This document shows positions 10,588 through 24,127 of a DNA stretch of 64,000 nt, in pieces (position 1 is the stretch's first letter; each line of letters begins with the position of its first letter). The stretch covers positions 1,612,001 through 1,676,000 of the forward strand of contig OY253670.1 of the NCBI GenBank assembly GCA_958009085.1, written 5' to 3'. Source of the DNA: Protoeuglena noctilucae. Lineage: Eukaryota. The notes beneath the pieces were generated by a model, which saw nothing but the letters and a program-made list of their open reading frames with translations, was not told the origin of the DNA and made no database searches. The translations under genes and the position numbers were made by a program.

Positions 10588-13500
10588 TCACAGGATGTGC
10601 GCGGGCGGCAGCTGCAGCTCCTCGTTGACCTTGGAGGAGAGGTACTGCCCCAGCAGCGCCCTCAGCTCCTTGTTCTGCCCCTGCAGCGCCTGCACCTCCT
10701 GCAGGTCCCCCGCCCGCGTCTTGAGCAGGCGGTGGTAGCGCTGTAGGGCCTTCTCAAGCGCCTGCCACACGCGCACCCCGCGCTCGCTCACCACGCCGCC
10801 CATGGCCGCCCAGTACTCGCGCTCCTTCTCGCGCATGCGCTTCGTCATCACCTGCGGGCGATGGCAGAGCACGGGCAGGGGTGGGCATGCACAGAACACA
10901 GAGGGGCCGTGCCATGGCATGGCACGTGCATCAGCTGGCCCCTCGCCTGCACGCGGCTCGCCCCCGTGGGCTTGGCCTTGATGTTGCGCGCGTCGTTGCC
11001 GTGCTTCTCCACGAACGTCTTGAGCGCAGCCACTGCGGAGAACGACACGGCCACCCCATGCGCACTCGCGTCCCGCACCGGCCATGCGCGTCGCTCTGGC
11101 CCAGCCGTCACAAGACACCCGACCGAGCCTCGCGAGCGCCAAGCACATGCTCTCCTAATGCTCCATGCGTTCCACTCACCCGCCTCGTTCGGATGCACCA
11201 GCTCCAAGCCCCCATCGTCCGCCTCGACCCTCGACTGGGACGACGTGGGGGACGACGCGCGGGAGTTGCTGGACTGGGCGTGGCGCACCGACGACGCGTT
11301 GCGCGGGACCGACTTGGCGCCGCGCACGCCGCCACCCGGCACGCGCGCCGTCAGGGCCTGGGGGGAGGGGGAGGAGACGAAGTAAGACTCTTGCACTTCT
11401 GCAATTCGATCCTACACTAGCACTTGCCCTTAACCAGCCTTCCCTAATTTGCCTCTCACCTGCACCAGCCTGTCGAACAGCTCCCCGTTGGTGACCCCCA
11501 GGGCGTCGAGGATGTGCCGGACGGTGCGCCGCGACCGCTCCTCGCCCCCCAGCCTCTCCAGTTCCCCCCGCACCCGCGCGTCCACCAGGAACACCGCCTC
11601 CGCCTCCAGCAGCGCCAGCAGCCCCGCGTGCGCCGGGTCCGCCACCTTCTCCGCCAGCTGTCGCGCCGCCTCCCGGTCCTCCTCCTCCGCCGCCCCCTGC
11701 TCCCCCTGCCCGGACTCGATCTCCTCCGCCGCCACCTCCCAGGGGGTGCGGAAGATGTGGTCCCCGGGGGGGCGCCAGCTCAGCCCCAGCTGCTGCTCGT
11801 GGATCACCTTGTCCGCCTCCAGCACCCGACGCACCAGCTCCGCCACCAGCTGGTCGTTGTGCACCCGCACCTCCTGCGGGGGAGCGAAAGCGACTCAGTT
11901 CATGAATGAAGCACCGCCACTCGCGCACCCTCCCTCACCGCTTGGTCTGAGTCGACCCCTGCTGCCGTCACCTGGTACACCTTGAGGTCTGCCTCCTCAA
12001 AGTGCTTGAACTTGTGCTGCAGCTCCTTGAACAGTTCCGTGATGCGCTTGTACTCCTCCGTCAGCTGCCGGTTCTCCTCCTGGTACTTGCGGTCCAGCTC
12101 CGCGTACCTGGGGCGACACGGGGAGAGGCGAGGGAGGAGATGCGTATGGGTGGTGTTGGTGTGATGGTGGAGGCAGTGGGTACTATATCAGATACGCGGC
12201 ACCAAAACCTCGGTCACTGCTACTTGTGTTGCGACAGCGACAGCGCATGCCCATGCCACCCCCAACCCTCCCTCACCTCTGCTTGTGCTGGGAGAGTATG
12301 TCGATCTGCCGGTGCTTGCGCCTCTTGTGGCTCTCCCGCGTGCTCCGGTTCTCGTGCTCCCGGTCCCCCAGGACCTTCCGGTTGTACTCGAGCTTCTCCT
12401 GGTTCAGCTGGAACGTGGCCGCCATGGCCTGCATGTGCCGCTCCAGGTTCAGCTGGTCCTGCGTCAGCCGGACCTTGAGCTGGTTGTGGTCCTCGCTCGT
12501 CTTGACGCGCGTCGCCTCCAGCTCCTTGTCGTACTCCCGGATCTTCGCCTCCATCTCCCTTTGGAACTTGTCCTCCCGCTCCCGGCGGTGCTCCAGCAGC
12601 GCCTTGATCTCCCCCAGGTTGCGCTCCATCAGCTCCGACTGCTCCGCCATGTACGCCTTGTCCACCTCCGCGCCCTCGGACTCGTACAGCTGCGCCATCA
12701 CCTCGAACTGCCTGGGAGTAGGGGGAGGGGAGGGGGCAGTTGGCCGGAAAGGGGCACGCGCTGCGGAGTCGAGGGCAAGGGGTTAGCAGGCATGATGCTT
12801 GTGGCTGCCACGTGACAGTAGATAGGTAGATAGTTAACAAAGATAGATAATGCACGAACAGGAAAACCTTCCCCCGCTCGCCTGGCCATGGCTTCAATCA
12901 TGGCGTCAATGTCCATGGCGTGCTGCTTCAGCAGGAGCGTGTACCCGTCGTCCTTCTGCTTCACCTCCTGCTTCATCTCCTGCATGGGAGGGGCACGCAC
13001 GCAGCGCAGGTGACGGGGCGTGCATGCAGGTTATGGGGCGTGCACGCAGGTGAGACTGAACATGCACAGGCACCCCGCTCGCCTTGATGAGGGTGTCCTT
13101 GCTCTCCAGGATGTGCGCACATGCCTCCTGCTGCGCCTGGATGGCTACCCACAGGTCCTGGGGCACCTCGATGTTGAAGAGGTCGCTCCAGTGTGCCGCC
13201 ACGTCCGCGTTCGCCTGGGGTGGGGGTGGGGCGAGAAGGGAGTGTGCAGAGGTGACCCAGCAAAGCATGAGACACATGGTCATTCGTGGCACTGCTGCTG
13301 CCAGGGGGACCCATGGCGCGCTCGCATTTGCCTCGCATCCGCTCCCACACACAACGCCCTTCCCGTCTCCCCCCTACCTGCTGGCCTCGTCCAGCATGCA
13401 CCACCCACCCTCATCTCTCTCCTCTCTCCTCATCTTCTAGTCAAACAACTCCGCCTCTCACCTTGGCGCTGGCCTCTGCCTCGTCCAGCATCTTGGCCCG

Positions 13501-14228
13501 CAGGTCCTGCCGGCGGTGCTCCTCCACCTCCCGGCGCGCCCGCTCCCGCTGCATGCATTGCACTTTAAAGCCCTCCACTTCAGCGTCCGTCTCGGACCGC
13601 TTGGCCGCCGTCGTCCGCAGCGCCGCAATCACGCGCGTCTTGGCCAGGCCCAGCTCCCGCTCCTGAGGGCGAGGGGGTGGAAAGGCATCGTCATCGCGAT
13701 TGTCGCGTACAAACACTTGCTGCATATTCGCCCTCCTTCCATCGCCGCCGCTCAGCGCCTCGCGTGGCCCGTCCGCACCTTGGGACCCCCGATGGCGTCC
13801 TGGCCCTCCTCCTTCCGCCGCATCGTCTCCCGCTTCTCGACCACCCGCTTCTTGCGCTCATCGATGCGCTTTGACCTGGCGGGGACGGAGCCGGGAGGCT
13901 GCTCAGGAGCGCGCAAAGGTCGCCGTTGCGCATGCTGGGACGCAAGCCGCGTCGAGGAGGAAAGCTCGCTGAGTCCGCGCGGCTTCCCAAGCATTTTATT
14001 CCAGCAATGCTCATTTGCCGACCCACAGACGGGGCCGAGACCGTGGCTCAGCGCGTCCTCAGCAGTCAACATGTCAGCCAACGGCACACCCCCGCGCAAG
14101 TGGAGCGTCGACGGCATAACGTGCGTGCAGCGTTTCGCCGTCGACGCCCATGAAATCCTGCGCGTGAGCGGCAGCCGCCCTCACCTCGACTGGCCCCCGG
14201 CGGTGTCCAGCTCCACGACCTGCTGCAT
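10588..14228 (-). CDS. DRC1: Dynein regulatory complex subunit 1 (CCDC164), multi-exon
   Basis: WSDLFNIEVPQDL..IQAQQEAC..ILESKD; KQKDDGY..LLKQ...DID; QLNQEKLEYN.KVL; C-terminal ALQRYH.LL.R...QNKELRALLGQYLSSKVNEELQLPP. Confidence 0.9.
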
Positions 14229-15177
14229 GGTCACCGCCTGCGCCCTCCCGCCCGGGCCACGGGCGCGGACCCTGTGTTACCGACTTCTCCTGCAAGAAAG
14301 CACGCGCTGAACACGACTCAGCGGCGATGGAGGGGGCCTAGAGCGACCCTGCCATCGACCACAGCCTGCGCGGGTTTCCCGGCGTCCGAACAAGCGCGGA
14401 GACCCCGCGCCGGAGTGGAGACGATAGGTTGTTGCTCAAAGAATCAGCGGATGACAACAACCCCTCAGAACAAGCCACCGTTGTGCCTCCGCACCCGGGT
14501 TGTCGTCAGCTGGCCCCCGAAAGCGAGGATGCCGCGCGCTTCGCGGCCCTATGACGTCACGCGATCTACTAGCTAGGCACAGGGCTAAGCACAGTCACTC
14601 AAGGGCCTGGGAAGCCTTTGGAAATCGCCAGGACAAGCCAGCATGCAAACGATGCCAGCTGGGACGAGACCATACACGATGCCGCGACGGAGGGACAATG
14701 AGCAAGGCACAGGCTCCTTGTTCGGAGTGCTGCCCGAACATCTCTCTGGCAACTTTCAGGGCAACGCCGTTCTGACTTTTCACCGGGGAGCTATCAGGCA
14801 GCTCCCAATCCCTGTTCGTTCCTCGGACGACAGCACGTCCACGTACGCTTTCCATCCGGCGAGCAAGGGCCTCTGTTGTCGGGCTGTGGGCGCTGACGGG
14901 TTGTGCCAAGTTGCTGTCGAATCCCGGCGACGGGACAGGAGATTGTCGCCAAGTACGACTGGAGAGTTCCAAATACCACTCGCTTGAGAACAGGCTGGGT
15001 GCTCCGGATGCACGATGGAGGAGTACGAGCAGTATGTGCGTGCCAAATGCTTGCGCCGCGCCCGCGCCTGTTCTGGAGCGCGAGCGCGGGATGTGACTGC
15101 AGCCGATTGTCTATTGGATAGATCAATTTGACGTGAAGCCTATCAATTCATGACGAGAGTCCGTCTTCGCGCCTGTA

Positions 15178-18100
15178 ATGGCTCCCGAAGATGTGCCTCA
15201 ACTGCAGGACGACCCCGGGTTCGCGGAGGAGGCCGAGAGCCCCGATTCGGGGTACTATGAGGTCGCGGCGTACTGCATCGAGAGCCAGGAGAGTCCGCGC
15301 GAGGCCTTACGCTGCCGCCTGGCGGGATCGAGCTTGCGAGGGGCAGCGCAGTCCCTGCCCCGCGCCGATGGACCTCCCGGCGCCTCCCCGCAGATCACCG
15401 CGCTGGCCTTCGATGCTATGGAGGACGTCCTGTGGGCCGGCACGGAGGACGGCGGCGTCGCGACGCTCACCTGCCCGTCCCTGCACCCCTACGCGCACTG
15501 GAACGCCCACGGGGAGCCCATCTGCGGTGAGAAGAGCGAAGGCATTTGCGAAGCTATATAAGATGCGTCTCTGCTCGCTCTCTCGCTTGCCGCGTCTCCA
15601 TGCAATCCGCCCGCATCTCTCGCTCCTGCCCCGCAGCCCTAGTCCCCTTCGGCCCCGTGTGCCTTTCCGTGTCGGCGTCGTCCGCACGCCTGCAGGACAT
15701 GGGTGGCCCTGCGCTGTTCAAGGTCAACGCCCGCGCCGCGGACCCCAACTGCGCCTTCACCGCCGCGTCTGCGGACGTCGTGTCTGGGACGCTGCTGCTG
15801 GGCACGGCGGGGGGGGAGCTGACGAGGGTGTCGGGGAGGGACGGGGACATCCTCGCAGAGGCACAGGCGAGTGGTGTGATGAAGACGCGGCTGAGTGATA
15901 GGTGACGCGTCGCCTGCAGTCGGGTGCGTGGCTCATCGCTTGGTAATTCTGCTTCGCTCCTCCCCTCGCTCCCAGGTCAGCCGCTCTGACGGGGATGGCA
16001 TCTCTGCCCTGGCGGTGGTGCCCGGGGGACTGACCCTGGCCGTGGGGATGACGTCGGGGTCAGGCGAGGGCACGCAGCGTGGGACGGTGCAATGCATCTG
16101 CACAGCCACACGAGCAGGGTGTGGTTGCTCATGCACCGCAGCAGTGGTTACAATGTCGCATTCACACTCACCGCACCCTCTCCACCCCCAGTGCTCTTCT
16201 ACGACCTGCGCATGTCGCTGTCGGCCGCCCCCGCCGCCTCCGCCTTTGCCCACCAGGGCCCCGTCCGGTCCATCGCATGCAACCCCAAGGGAGACCTCAT
16301 CGCCACCACCGGTGAGCACGCCGTCATGCTTGTCACACCTTACCGACAGGCTCTGTATGCTCTCTCAGACTCGCCCCCCACAGACCAACCACAACCTTCG
16401 CTCCATCCAGGTTACTTCGGCCACCCCCCCCACCGCCTCCCCGACCGGCGCGTGTGCCTCTTGGATGCGAGACGGGGGTACACCGAGGCAGCGCCGGCCA
16501 TGCACCCCATGGGGGCGTCGTGGGCGGCATTTGTGCCCCTGCGCACCGCCACGGGTGAGCAGCGATGGGGAGCACATGTATGCGAGGGATGACTGCCGCA
16601 TGACAATCGTCTCTGTCTGCGAGAAATGGCTATCGAATGACAACTGTCTTTGTGCATGGTGACCATCGACACGTTGCTAACCCACCCTTCCCTGACACCC
16701 CTCCCCTGCCCCCATCCCCCCCCAGCGTCCCTGTGCTCCGATGCCGGCCAGTTCCTCTCCATCGACATCCTCTCCGGCAGTCTCCTCTCCCACTTCCAAG
16801 TCGACACCGCCGGGGCTGCCATCCTCACCGCCGCGCTCGTGAGGCAATGCCACCGCACGCACCCTCACTGCCTTAAAACCGTGATTGTCGCAGCCCTGGC
16901 TTTCCAATCGTGTTGTTACAGCAATCGTGTCTCATCCACTCTCCCCCCCAGTCCCCCTCGGGCGACTGCTACGCCTTTGGTGACGAGGCGGGCGTGGTGC
17001 GGCTGTGGAGTCAGTCCGAGGAACCACGCGTGCAGCTGTACGGGTGAGAAGACGACATGCACCCTGTCATCACGGCACTCAGCAACAGCACTGCGCAATG
17101 CATGTGTGTTGCTCGCACGCATTGCCACACCCCACATGACTGCAACACCACCGCCCTCTCTCACCACACCCCCGCACCTCCCTCTATCCCTCCCCCAGTG
17201 CCCGCCCCGTGTCTCCCCCCCACCCCTTCGCCTTCCATGGCCCCCACCTGAGTGAGGCGTCCCCCTTCTCTGTCGCGCCCCCCCTCGACCCCCAGCCTTA
17301 CCTCGCAGCCCTGCACCAGGAGGGCGCACCCCTGCCGCCCTTCGCACTCCTCTCCGACGACAGGCGAGGAAAGCAGACACAAACACACGCCACCACATAC
17401 CCATTCGCATCGACACGTGTGATTGTGATACCATCTCACTCGCCCACCCTGCTCCTGTGTGTTCCTCACTCACTCCCTCTCCCGCACTCAGTCTCAATGC
17501 CCCCATCCCCGTCGGCCTCCCCCCCCGCACCGTCCACGACGACCTCGTCCCCCACCTCCGCGACGCACCCACCCTGGCACCCGGGGTGGCAGTGGCTGAC
17601 AACCCCGCGTACTCGAGGGGGGTGCCCAAGGCGAGAGAACAGCGATTGCTTGCGACTAGTACTACGCTTGGCGCGGTGTGCATGCACGCGCCACCTCTTA
17701 ACTGCGCCAGCTCACCAATGCAGAGATGGTTCATCCACATTGAGGTAACTCACCTCCTCTCTTTTTATTACTCAGGGCACCCCCACGGCCGAGTCGGCTG
17801 CCCTGCGGTCTTCCCGTGCCCAGGCGCGCCACCGCCGGCGGAAGAAGGGGGCAGGGGACGACCCCGACGCAGCGCAGATGCGGGAGGCGATGCTGGGGGA
17901 GCTGCTGCCACAGGTGAGAGACGGTGTCACAGTCTCCATCCCTGTCGCTCCACCGCCCGGCTACCTCTCGCCCCTCTCTCACCAGCTCTCACACCCACTC
18001 TCTCCCATCCTCACTGTCACGCTCGACTTCCACCCCCATCTCACACCCCCCACTCCCACCGCTCCCCCCCCAGCGCCTGTGTCACGTGGAGGTGCGCCTC

Positions 18101-21100
18101 CCCTCCTCCGCCGGCCGTGCCGCCTTCTCAGAGTTCGACTTCTCCTTCTTCAACCGCACGAGGTTCGCGGGGCTGGAGAACGACGCCGCCAACGCCTACT
18201 GCAACGCGGTGCTGCAGGCGAGGGGGGATGTCATGACATGGCATGTCGTGCCATGCCATGCCATGGGATGTTTGTCTTCACACACTGCAACGCCGTGCTG
18301 CAGGCGAGGGGGCGTGGCATGGCATGCGCTGGTTGTCATGACGCTCTCCCCTTTCTGCTTCGACCATCACCCCCCATCCACCCCCACCCACACTGTACTT
18401 CCTTATACTCTCTCCCGCTCTCACCAACCACCACCCCACCCCCATCCCCCCACCCCAGGCGCTCTTCTTCACCCCGTCTCTCTGCTCCCTCCTCCTCGAC
18501 TACCAGCCCATGCCCTTCCGCGACGCATCCCTCACCGACGAGCTCGCCTTCCTCTCCCACATGCTCCGCACCTCGCCCCCCGGCTCCCCCTGCCAGGCCG
18601 CCAACTTCGTGGCAGCGCTGCGGCAGAACCGGGAAGCCATCGGGCTGGGGCTGCTGGAGAGCCCAGCCAAGGACATGGCGGGGATCACCGGTGAGGAGCA
18701 GTGGTGCGGTATGGGACGCGTGTGTGTTGTTCGAGTGTAGAGAGACAGAGTGGTGGTCAGATGCAAACAGGGCTCGCTTCACACCCTGCCATCCCAGCCA
18801 CTGCGTCTGCCACGATTCGATCGACTCTGATCTCCCCATCCACTGCCATTACAACTCATGCCACTTGCCACCTCTCCATCTGACCACTTTCATCTCCACC
18901 CCCCCCCCCCCCCCCCTCAATCCCCCCCTTCAGGCACCCGGGGGGACCTGGAGGCCACGGCGAGCGTGGTGCGCCACCTGGGCACCCGCGCCCAGGCGCT
19001 GATGCGGTTCCTGCTGCAGCAGATGCTCGCGGAGGACGCCCTGCCGCCCGGGGCCATCAAGGCCATCGTCACCTCCCAGTGGTCGCAGAGGACCACCTGC
19101 CTCAAGGCGAGGAGACATGAGGGGGTGGCAACACACACAACAACACGCAGAATGTCTTTGAACAGTCTGCACGTTCACCGAGCAGCGATATGCGAAGCGA
19201 CGAACGCAGTCCCGTGCATCCACGCTGCACCTGGCCAGCCATGCACGCGCCAGCACTGCGCACTTTTCCATAGCCACCCCTCACCACTCCCCCCCTGTCC
19301 CATGCTCCCCCAGGACCCCTCCGCGGTCATCACCCAGGTGCAGTCCGCGGAACAGATCGACCTGGCGTACCCAGACAGGGCATCCGCTTTGACGAGTCCC
19401 CTCGGCACCGCACTGCCGCCGCCCGCACGCGACCTGCCCAGGGAGGCCATCAACCCCATCGCACTGCCGCTGCTGCGGTGAGGGAGGCGACGAGCAGACA
19501 GCGCTGCGTGTGCGGCATCACTGCAAGCAAGCAGCGCCATGGTTTGTATCTGGGGTGCTACGCCCATTTGCGACGACTAGCACACTCTGTACCATGCAAC
19601 CATCACACTCTCTACCATGCGACCCTCCCCATACCCCCTCGTCCCCCCCCAGTGCCGCGTACCCCCCCAATGCCTCCTGGCGCCCCCCCCGCCCCTCCTT
19701 CTCCGACGTCCTCCGCGCATCGCTGGTCAAGGAGACCACCATGCGGGCGTGGTTCAACGAGGCGAGGGGAGGGACTTTGGCAGATGTGAAACGACCATGT
19801 GCTGCATCGCTGATGTCAGACACAGGCGTGCCATTGCTGCCCACGCAAAGCCCTCTCACTCGCATGCAACAGCTTGGTTACCAGCCCGTCTCTCATCACA
19901 CTCATCACACTTATTGCACTGCTCTCACTCTCACTCACAGGAGCGTGGCTACCAGCCCGTCTCTCAGGACCGCGTCCCCCTCCACCTCCCCCACCTCCTC
20001 GTCGTCGGTGCGGCGCTGCAGGACCCCGCAGACGTGGCATTCTGGCAGGAGGACGACGCGGGGGGTGAGGGCAGGCGAAGCGTGGCTGGCCAATATGCGG
20101 CACACATCATGTCGCCTCCGTTCACTCTCCTCACCCAGTCCTCGCACACCCTTAAATCACCCTCGAACCCACAACCCCCGCCCACACCACCCGATCTCCA
20201 CCCCCACTTCCCCCAGAGCCCTGGCTCCCCGCCGCTGTGGAGGTCGCCTTCAACCCCACCACCCGCGCGGTGCGCGTGGGGCAGGGCCCCTCAGCCCTGG
20301 CGCTGCTGGGGGACCAGGAACACGATCGCGACGATCAAGGCATGCAGCGTGTGGTGTATGACCTGACGGCTGTGGTGTCTCACATGCACGACCCACGGCC
20401 GGCCGCCGAGGGGGAGGACCGGCCGGGTAGCCTGGTGAGGGAGAGTGGGGGGGTGTATGTGGGCATTTGTCAGTACATGTAAGGTGCATGTATGTGAATG
20501 TGCGATGGCATGTGTGGGTGTGGAGGAGCGCGTGCGTGTGGCTGAGCGCGCGTCGCTGGGTGTGTGCTTGGTTCCCAACTGCCTGCCTGCACTGCCTCCC
20601 CTTGCTATTTGCGTGTCTGTCTCAACTGCTTCCTCGCATCTACCCCCCAGGCTGACCCCAAGCGCGAGGGTCACTTGGTGACGCACCTGCGCCTGCACTC
20701 GTGCTACCTCCACGGCAAGCGCAGCACGGCGACCTTCGTTAAGCCAGCCACGCCGGGGCTGTCCCCGCTGCCGGCGAACTGGGAGGCGAGGGGCAGGGAG
20801 AGGGGGGAGGAGGGGGGTGGGGAGGTCAAGGCGGGCGTGGCAGAGGGGAAGGAGGAGCGGGAGGTGAGGGGTGGAGAGGGGTGGGGTGGGTGTGATTTGC
20901 GGGGAATGGCAGAGGTGAGAGATGACGGGTGAGGTGTGTGACATCGCACGTCGTTGCCACAGAGCAGCTGAGTTGTGACAGCCCCCCCCCACCCCCTCCT
21001 TCCCCTCGCAGCCATCCACTCCCCCCCCTTCCCACCTCCCCTCCTCGTCTCGCCGGCTGCTGTCGCCCGGTGACGACGGGGAGCTGGGCCACGGCGACTG

Positions 21101-23258
21101 GCTGCTGCTGAACGACTTCGCGGTCACCCGGAGCAGCGAGGGGGAGGCCAGGGGCATCTGCGGGGGGCTCAAGGCGCCCGCGCTGCTGCTGTTCACGCGG
21201 TGAGGGGGTGGGGCGCTGTACAGGCATGTTGTCAGGGTTACTAGTATTATCATGAATGGGCTGGGTCAGTCAAGCACAGTACTGCTATGTGAGTGTGATG
21301 AACACACGGTGTCGCTCTCATCGCTTCGCTCGCAGCGTGGATCCTGCCTCGCCATCCGCTGCCACCCCCTCTACCTCTGCCCCTCATCCCCGCATCCCGG
21401 CTGAGCTCCCCCCCTCTGGCCGCATCGTCATGGACGCACGCACCTTCGCGGCACTGTGGTGAGGCGCGGCAGCGGATGACAGCACACATGCACATGCAAT
21501 ACATGCATTGACAAAGCAGTTCGTATGGCTTGCATATTACCTGTTTCTCACACGCACCGCATGCCATGACGCTTGCCTCTGTCTCCCATCTCTGCAGCAA
21601 CGACCCCCCCCTGAACGCCAGTAGCGTTGATCTGCTCCCCCCCCGCTTCCAACCCCTGGACATGGGAAGGGAGGCACCGAGGCAGGGAATGCTGGTGGCC
21701 ATCGACACGGGTGAGCGGCGCAGATGGCCACATGCTCTCACCCTCACTCTATCTCCTCCCCCCACTCTGCGCAGAGTTCGTGCAGATGGCCCCTGCCGAG
21801 TGCACATGGTCACATGCTCTCACTCTTACCCTCTCTCCCCTCTCATTTGCAGAGTTCGTGCAGATGGCCCCCGCCGAGTGTGTCTACCGCGACGGTGCCC
21901 AGGTGGTGCTGCGACCGCCCCGACTGTCACTGGCACGCATATCGGGTGAGACGAGACGAGATGAGAGAGGGGCTGACTGGTGCGCAGACACCCACTCGCA
22001 CTTACCGGGCGCCAACGCCCCACTGCCCTGCTCCCACCCCACCCCCAACACAGACATCCGCACCCACACCCACACCCACACTGCTACCCCCACCCCCACC
22101 CACCCCCTCCCCATCCAGTGGTGCGTGGCGACCCCGGCGACCGCACCGGCACGTGTTTCATCGACGACCACGTCCGCCGCGTGGAGCCCGTCTGGGACTA
22201 CCTGACGCGGTTCAGCGGTGTGTCGCCGGGTGACTTGGATGTGGGCACATCCCGCCACCACCTTACCAGTCTGAAGAAGGCGTATCTGAAGCTGAGGTAC
22301 CTGGTCGACTGCGGGTGCGTGCTCGTGGGGCACGGGCTCAGGTGAGAGGGAGAGGGGGGGGTGTTAGAGGTGATATTGTGAGGAACGTGCTGCGACTAGA
22401 GCGCGTATTGGCAATGCATGGGCGGGAGAGTGCGATGAGAGGAGAAGGGCCGGGACGGGCGACGCGACGGTCATTGACAGTCCTCACCTCCCTGCCCCCC
22501 CCTCCATCACAGGATGGACTTCAAGATGATCAACATCGTGGTGCCGCCCGAGCAGATCGTCGACACGGTGGAGCTCTTCCACTTCAAACACCAGGCGAGG
22601 AAGCACAGAGACACACACACGCTAGCTCCTTGCTCGCTTGCGAGATCACAAGCACGCTGTCACTCCCTCTTCCCCTGTCTGCCACTCTCTCACACCCCGC
22701 CTCTCTCACCGCACACGCTGTCACTCCCCTATCCTCTCCTCACCCCGCTCGTGTCGCCCCTCCCGCACACGCGCACGCTCTCCCCTACCCGTCGCCCTCT
22801 CCTCACCCCGCTCGTGTCACCCACCCCCCTCCCCCCCAGCGCAAGCTCTCCCTCAAGTTCCTGGCCTCCTACCTCCTCCGCGTGGGCATCCAGCAGAGCG
22901 TGCACGACTCCATCGAAGACGCACGCACCGCGCTGCTGCTGTACCGGTGAGGGGTGGATGAGAGAGTGGCAGCAGACGCGTCGATGCACACATGTCTACC
23001 CCATTCTATGGTCCGACCACAACCAATCGTACGACCTGCACCTGTTACCCATGCCATCACATCTCTCCCTGTCCCTGCGATGTTTGCAGGAAGTACCTAT
23101 CCCTGGTGGAGCGTGGGGCGTTGGAGGAGACGCTCCTGGGGATGTATCGGTTCGGGAAGGCGCACGGGTGGGACCCCGCGCAGTGGGACGAGGCAGCCAC
23201 GCGGCAGCTGCAGAGGGAGGGGGAGGGGCAGGGAGAGCAGGGGGGGCCTGCGGAGTGA
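15178..23258 (+). CDS. PAN2: PAN2 poly(A) nuclease catalytic subunit (WD40 + inactive UCH + DEDD exonuclease), many introns
   Basis: FDFSFFNRTRFAGLENDAANAYCNAVLQ; VAIDTEFV; FIDDHV...VWDYLTRFSG; LVGHGL; DFKMINIVVPPEQIVDTVELF; RKLSLKFLA...IQQSVHDSIEDARTALLLY. Confidence 0.93.
18198..18312 (+). repeat. Splice-junction echo in PAN2: exon end plus GC donor duplicated, period 86
   Basis: ACTGCAACGC(G/C)GTGCTGCAGGCGAGGGGG at 18198-18226 and 18284-18312. Confidence 0.93.
21771..21880 (+). repeat. Splice-junction echo in PAN2: acceptor plus exon start duplicated, period 78
   Basis: GCAGAGTTCGTGCAGATGGCCCC(T/C)GCCGAGTG at 21771-21802 and 21849-21880. Confidence 0.95.
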
Positions 23259-23982
23259 TGGATGAGGAGGGGCGAGCGACGTGGCTGCATGTTGGCCTTT
23301 GACCAAGCCATGCGATGCCGGTCGTCGACACTGGCAGTGCAGCGTATGTGAGATGGCATGCGCTGTGGCGCTGCCGGTACGTACGCTCGTTCAAGCAGGT
23401 ACAAATACCATCCAGCGCATCGAAATGGCACCGGCAGATCAGGTGTCGTCACAAAGAGGCAGCATGGCAACGAGCGATGGGTTGACAGTGTGCACGGCCG
23501 TGTGTTGGCGCGATCATTATCAAGCGTCGATACCTATGGGTACCTGGCACAGAGAGGGCGTGAGCCAGGGCTAGGGCCACGCCAAGAGGCGCAGCTGAGC
23601 CACTGCTGGGCTGCTGATGTTGATCGGGAACGAAGGCAGGGGCACGCGGGCGGGATGGCCGCCGGGTGCCGCCATGCCTGGGGAACACAGCGAGCAAAGG
23701 ATCGACGACCCAGCACCGGAAAGCAAGGGGTGCTGGGCGGGGGGTTACAGGTACGGGTCACATGCAACGGGCGCATCGGTGCGGCCCTGCTGGGGGTAAG
23801 GCCAGCGGCGCGTTGCTACATGGCCGGCAGACGACACGCAAATCGTCCATCTGCCGCGCTCGCAACACAGAACGCAGGGCGAGTGATGAAGAGGATGTGG
23901 TGGGAGGGGTCGGCAATGGGGCGAGCTTCCATCACTCCGGCAGGACTGCGCCCGACGACCACAGTCGTTGCGTGGGCTGCGT

Positions 23983-24127
23983 CATCACTGCAGGGCTGGG
24001 AGCGGCGGTCACTGCAGGACAGCGTCGGTCACTGCAGTGCTTGCAGCGTCGGCCACTGCAGCGTCGCTCGCAGTGCCATCACTGCAGGGCTGGGAGTGTC
24101 GGTCGCAGTGCCGGTCACTGCAGGGCT
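23983..24127. repeat. Degenerate tandem array of (T)CACTGCAG units overlapping the stop codon of the minus-strand gene
   Basis: CATCACTGCAGGGCTGGGAG at 23983-24002 and 24077-24096; TCACTGCAGGGCT at 24115-24127; further CACTGCAG copies between. Confidence 0.75.

Noticed and set aside
23983..24127. CRISPR-like look of the spaced CACTGCAG repeats
   Set aside because: Irregular spacing, degenerate units, eukaryotic 3' UTR context and no cas genes.
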